DNA of 64,000 nt from Leptolyngbyaceae cyanobacterium clean351 (lineage in GTDB: Bacteria > Cyanobacteriota > Cyanobacteriia > DAIDHW01), in the NCBI GenBank assembly GCA_027451865.1, contig DAIDHW010000003.1, positions 6,891-70,890 on the forward strand, read 5' to 3'. The notes below the pieces were generated by a model. That model was not told the origin of the DNA and searched no databases. It saw only the letters and a list, made by a program, of their open reading frames with translations. How positions within the stretch are numbered: the first letter of the stretch is position 1; each line of letters begins with the position of its first letter. Made by a program: the position numbers and the translations under genes. Shown here one piece after another: positions 60,528-64,000 of this stretch.

Positions 60528-60784
60528 GACTGACCTCCAGGGGTATGGACGTCAAGGACAGCCACCACTTCCCAGCGCTTGGTGCGGCTGAGGGGGCGGG
60601 TCTCCCGGATCCGGACCCGGTCGCCGGTTTTACAGGCGTTGGTTTCGTCGTGGGCCTTATAGCGGTTGGTGCGGACCATGATCTTGTCGTACTTGGGGTG
60701 GGGGGCACGGTTCTCCACTGCCACCACCACGGTTTTGTTCATCTTGTCACTGACCACGAGGCCAATGCGTTCCTTTATGGCCAT
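60524..60784 (-). CDS. rpsQ: 30S ribosomal protein S17
   Basis: [13 protein letters not shown] and [11 protein letters not shown]. Confidence 0.98.
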   Translation of the reverse strand: MAIKERIGLVVSDKMNKTVVVAVENRAPHPKYDKIMVRTNRYKAHDETNACKTGDRVRIRETRPLSRTKRWEVVAVLDVHTPGGQS

Positions 60785-60788
60785 GGAT

Positions 60789-61007
60789 CTACTCCTGGGT
60801 TAGGGGGGGGGTAAGCTGCCGCTCCCGCAGGACAGTCAGCAACTGGGCTAGGCGGTGCCGGGCGTGGCGAAACTGGTGGGATTTTTCTAGGCGCCGGGTA
60901 GCCTTCTCCATACGCAGCTGGAACAACTCACGCTTGACCGCTTGAATTTGGCTGGTGAGCTCTTCATCGCTGAGGTTACGGGCCTCACTGATCTGGGGTA
61001 GAGCCAT
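60789..61007 (-). CDS. rpmC: 50S ribosomal protein L29
   Basis: ELFQLR...[14 protein letters not shown]; operon position. Confidence 0.96.
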   Translation of the reverse strand: MALPQISEARNLSDEELTSQIQAVKRELFQLRMEKATRRLEKSHQFRHARHRLAQLLTVLRERQLTPPLTQE

Positions 61008-61009
61008 GG

Positions 61010-61447
61010 TCACTCCTGCTCCTGGGGGGTGGGCAACTCGGGGGTAGCGGCGACAAACCGGGTTTTGATCGGCAACTTAAAGGAAGCCAACCGCATAGCC
61101 TCCCGGGCGATTTCTTCGCTAACACCACTGATCTCGAACAGGATCCGGCCTGGCTTGACTACGGCTACCCAGTACTCAGGGGAACCCTTACCAGAACCCA
61201 TCCGGGTTTCGGCTGGTCTCATGGTCACCGGTTTGTCGGGGAAAATCCGGATCCAGATTTTTCCCCCCCGGCGGATGTAGCGGGTCATGGCACGGCGGCT
61301 AGCCTCAATTTGGCGAGCAGTGATCCAGGAGGGTTCGAGGGCCTGCAGGCCAAAATCTCCCTCGTTGAGGACGTTGCCCCGGGTGGCCATGCCGGTCATG
61401 CGGCCCCGCTGTTGCTTGCGAAATTTAGTGCGCTTGGGACTGAGCAT
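61010..61447 (-). CDS. rplP: 50S ribosomal protein L16
   Basis: [11 protein letters not shown] and RMGSGKG. Confidence 0.98.
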   Translation of the reverse strand: MLSPKRTKFRKQQRGRMTGMATRGNVLNEGDFGLQALEPSWITARQIEASRRAMTRYIRRGGKIWIRIFPDKPVTMRPAETRMGSGKGSPEYWVAVVKPGRILFEISGVSEEIAREAMRLASFKLPIKTRFVAATPELPTPQEQE

Positions 61448-61456
61448 AGAACAGAC

Positions 61457-62182
61457 CTACTCTTCTTTGGAACGGTCTTCAAACTGTTGCCGCCGCCGTT
61501 GCTGCCGCCGGGGGGGGGTGGCGTTAGCGGCGGGAATCTCCTCCTGACCGGGGATAATTTCCCCCTTGAATACCCATACCTTGACCCCGAGGATGCCATA
61601 GATAGTCTGGGCGGTCTTGCAGGCGTAGTCGATGTCCGCCCGCAGGGTGTGCAGGGGTACCCGACCATCCCGAGTCCACTCGGTGCGGGCAATTTCCGCT
61701 CCGTTGAGGCGGCCACCTACTTGGATCTTGATTCCCTGCACACCTGCCCGCTGAGCTCGCTGAATGGTCTGGCGGACCACCCGTCGGAAGGAGACCCGCC
61801 GCTCGAGCTGCTGGGCAATGTTCTCAGCAATCAGGGGGGCATCGGCGTCCACCCGCTCTACTTCCTTGACGTTGACTCGAATTTGCCGATTACCCCCAAG
61901 GACCTTTTGAATCCCCTCTCGGAGAGCCTCAATGCCTGCTCCCCCTCGACCTACCACTACCCCAGGCCGGGCAGTGTAGACCTCAAGGTCAATCTGGTCA
62001 GCTTTGCGCTCGATGCGCACCTGGGAAATGCCAGCATTACTGAGGGTTTTCTGCACAAAGGCACGGATCTTACGGTCTTCTTGGAGCAGGATTGGATAGC
62101 GCTTGGTATCAGCAAACCAGCGGGAGCGGTGCTCTTGGGTGATGCCTAAGCGAAAGCCAACTGGATGGATTTTCTGTCCCAC
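61457..62182 (-). CDS. rpsC: 30S ribosomal protein S3
   Basis: [23 protein letters not shown] and [10 protein letters not shown]. Confidence 0.98.
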   Translation of the reverse strand: MGQKIHPVGFRLGITQEHRSRWFADTKRYPILLQEDRKIRAFVQKTLSNAGISQVRIERKADQIDLEVYTARPGVVVGRGGAGIEALREGIQKVLGGNRQIRVNVKEVERVDADAPLIAENIAQQLERRVSFRRVVRQTIQRAQRAGVQGIKIQVGGRLNGAEIARTEWTRDGRVPLHTLRADIDYACKTAQTIYGILGVKVWVFKGEIIPGQEEIPAANATPPRRQQRRRQQFEDRSKEE

Positions 62183-62208
62183 GGGGGTTTCCTTAGTGTT
62201 GCGTAGGG

Positions 62209-62559
62209 TTAGGCGGCGGGACCGACTACCACGGTAATGTGGCAGGTCGGCTTACGGATTTGGTAGGCGCGTCCCTGGGCCCGGGGTCGGAATCGCTTCA
62301 GGGTCGGTCCCTGGTCAGCGAAGGCGGCCCGCACCACCAGACTGGCCGGGTCCAAGCCCTGGTTGTGCTTAGCATTGGCGACGGCGGAGCGCAGGACCTT
62401 CAGTACCGGCTCACAGGCGCGGTAGGGCATAAACTCAAGGACGATCAGGGCGTCGCGGTAGGTACGCCCCCGAATCTGGTCGAGGACTCGCCGGACCTTG
62501 ATTGGGGAAGTGCGGATAAAGCGGGCGACAGCTTTTGCCTCGGAGGCTTCAGAAGCCAT
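62209..62559 (-). CDS. rplV: 50S ribosomal protein L22
   Basis: SPIKVRRV and RPRAQGRA. Confidence 0.98.
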   Translation of the reverse strand: MASEASEAKAVARFIRTSPIKVRRVLDQIRGRTYRDALIVLEFMPYRACEPVLKVLRSAVANAKHNQGLDPASLVVRAAFADQGPTLKRFRPRAQGRAYQIRKPTCHITVVVGPAA

Positions 62560-62561
62560 GG

Positions 62562-62840
62562 TTAACGACCTCCTTTCTTGTCACTCTTGGCGTGGCCACG
62601 GAAGGTACGGGTAGGGGCAAATTCCCCTAATTTATGGCCGACCATCTGCTCAGTGATATATACGGGCACGTGTTGGCGGCCGTTGTGGACGGCGATGGTA
62701 TGACCAATCATCTGGGGCAGAATCGTCGACGCCCGCGACCAGGTTTTGATCATCTGTTTTTCCCCCCGAGCATTGAGGGCTTCCACCTTCCGCAGTAGGT
62801 GGTCGGCCACAAAGGGGCCCTTTTTTAAGGAACGGGACAT
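62562..62840 (-). CDS. rpsS: 30S ribosomal protein S19
   Basis: [14 protein letters not shown] and [11 protein letters not shown]. Confidence 0.98.
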   Translation of the reverse strand: MSRSLKKGPFVADHLLRKVEALNARGEKQMIKTWSRASTILPQMIGHTIAVHNGRQHVPVYITEQMVGHKLGEFAPTRTFRGHAKSDKKGGR

Positions 62841-62887
62841 GGTGGCAATCTCCTAGAAGTGCTCAACTGACCTGAATTGTGGTGACC

Positions 62888-63751
62888 TTAGGACTCCCGG
62901 CCGCCCCGACCGCGCTTGGAGGACTTGCGCCGTCGCCGGACGATCAGGCTGTCACTGGCCTTGCCCTTCTTCCGGGTTTTGTAGCCGAGGGCCGGTTTAC
63001 CCCAAGGGGTCATGGGGGCTGGATGCCCAATGGGAGAGCACCCTTCACCACCACCGTGGGGGTGGTCGACGGGGTTCATGGCGCTACCGCGCACCTCCGG
63101 ACGCCGACCTAGCCAGCGCTTACGGCCAGCCTTACCGAGGCTGATGTTACGGCTCTCCAGGTTACCCACTTGTCCGAGGGTGGCGTAGCACTCGCGGCGG
63201 ATCTTGCGCACTTCCCCCGAGGGGAGCTGCACCGACACGTAGTCTCCTTCCTTAGCCTTAACCTGGGCAGTGGCCCCAGCTGAGCGGACGATCTGGCCCC
63301 CCCGCCCGGCAATCAGCTCCAGGTTATGGACATTAGTACCCAGGGGGATATTGCCGAGGGGGAGGGCATTGCCTACCTCAAGGGGAGCCTCGGGTCCCGA
63401 GACGATGGTTTGACCTACCTGGAGACCGATGGGGTGGAGGATATAGCGCTTCTCCCCATCGGTGTACTGCACCAGGGCAATCCGGGCATTGCGGTTAGGG
63501 TCGTACTCGATCTCGAGCACCTGGGCTGGGATGGAGTGCTTGTCCCGCCGGAAGTCAATGATCCGGTACAGCTTCTTATGACCGCCGCCCCGGTGGCGAC
63601 AGGTGATCACCCCTTGGTTATTACGGCCCTTGGGCCGGTGCCGCCGTTCCGTGAGGGACTTTTCGGGGTGGTCGCGGGTGATTTCAGCAAAGTCAGCCAC
63701 CGTGTGGGCACGGGTGCTAGAGGTGTAGGGACGGTAGGAGCGAATACCCAT
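62888..63751 (-). CDS. rplB: 50S ribosomal protein L2
   Basis: RGGGHK, IEYDPNR and [14 protein letters not shown]; ATG 63751. Confidence 0.98.
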   Translation of the reverse strand: MGIRSYRPYTSSTRAHTVADFAEITRDHPEKSLTERRHRPKGRNNQGVITCRHRGGGHKKLYRIIDFRRDKHSIPAQVLEIEYDPNRNARIALVQYTDGEKRYILHPIGLQVGQTIVSGPEAPLEVGNALPLGNIPLGTNVHNLELIAGRGGQIVRSAGATAQVKAKEGDYVSVQLPSGEVRKIRRECYATLGQVGNLESRNISLGKAGRKRWLGRRPEVRGSAMNPVDHPHGGGEGCSPIGHPAPMTPWGKPALGYKTRKKGKASDSLIVRRRRKSSKRGRGGRES

Positions 63752-63788
63752 AGGGGAGAAAAGGACGGTGAGGGGACAAGGGGGGAGC

Positions 63789-64000
63789 TTAGACGTCTGG
63801 GAACAAGGAAATCTTGTCACCCGGAGCAAGGGTAACCACCACTTTCTTATAGCGAGGCCGCCAACCGAGAAACTTGCCCATACGGCGCTTTTTGGGGGGC
63901 AGGTTACAGCTGTTAACCTGGGTGACGCGCACGTCAAAGAGGGCTTCGATGGCTGCCTTGACCTGAGGTTTTGTAGCCTGGGGGACTACCTCAAAGGTGT
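63789..64000 (-). CDS. rplW: 50S ribosomal protein L23 (5'-truncated by window edge; not in ORF track)
   Basis: Manual translation gives [28 protein letters not shown]...[20 protein letters not shown]. Confidence 0.95.
   Translation of the reverse strand, partial: TFEVVPQATKPQVKAAIEALFDVRVTQVNSCNLPPKKRRMGKFLGWRPRYKKVVVTLAPGDKISLFPDV

Noticed and set aside
61310-62149. Long antisense ORFs opposite ribosomal and other genes (e.g. 279 aa opposite rpsC, 212 aa opposite rplX/rplN)
   Set aside because: Expected shadow ORFs in GC-rich coding DNA; no recognisable motifs.

Overview
This is a GC-rich (roughly 60% by eye), tightly packed cyanobacterial chromosome segment; the split DnaE intein, cruF/cruG, ho1, FurC and a DXCF cyanobacteriochrome kinase identify the phylum. 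Bases 1-36 kb and 41-49 kb hold mostly housekeeping and signalling genes plus tRNA-Ala(GGC). Bases 48.7-64 kb hold the S10-spc-alpha-L13/S9-L31-prfA ribosomal superoperon on the minus strand. A lower-GC, decaying island lies at about 36.25-41.3 kb. It contains a ~240-bp protein-less IS200/IS605-type element that appears to keep a promoter and a TnpB-type omega/reRNA scaffold, an IS4 fragment, a large membrane protein gene, a second IS605-like end, a fragment of a phosphorothioation-associated methyltransferase and a broken HTH-HNH nuclease gene. The most notable observations are: (1) the mini-element pointing into the pyrB leader; (2) strong enrichment of CTAG/CCCTAGGG palindromes while canonical HIP1 is nearly absent, with four convergent gene pairs sharing a CTAG as a double stop; (3) a tRNA overlapped by CDSs at both ends; (4) a BLUF photoreceptor gene inserted between rpsI and rpmE; (5) a divergent sulfotransferase/beta-propeller pair; and (6) a kinase-TIR-AAA_35 protein. 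All family calls come from motif recognition and all counts were made by eye; no searches were run.
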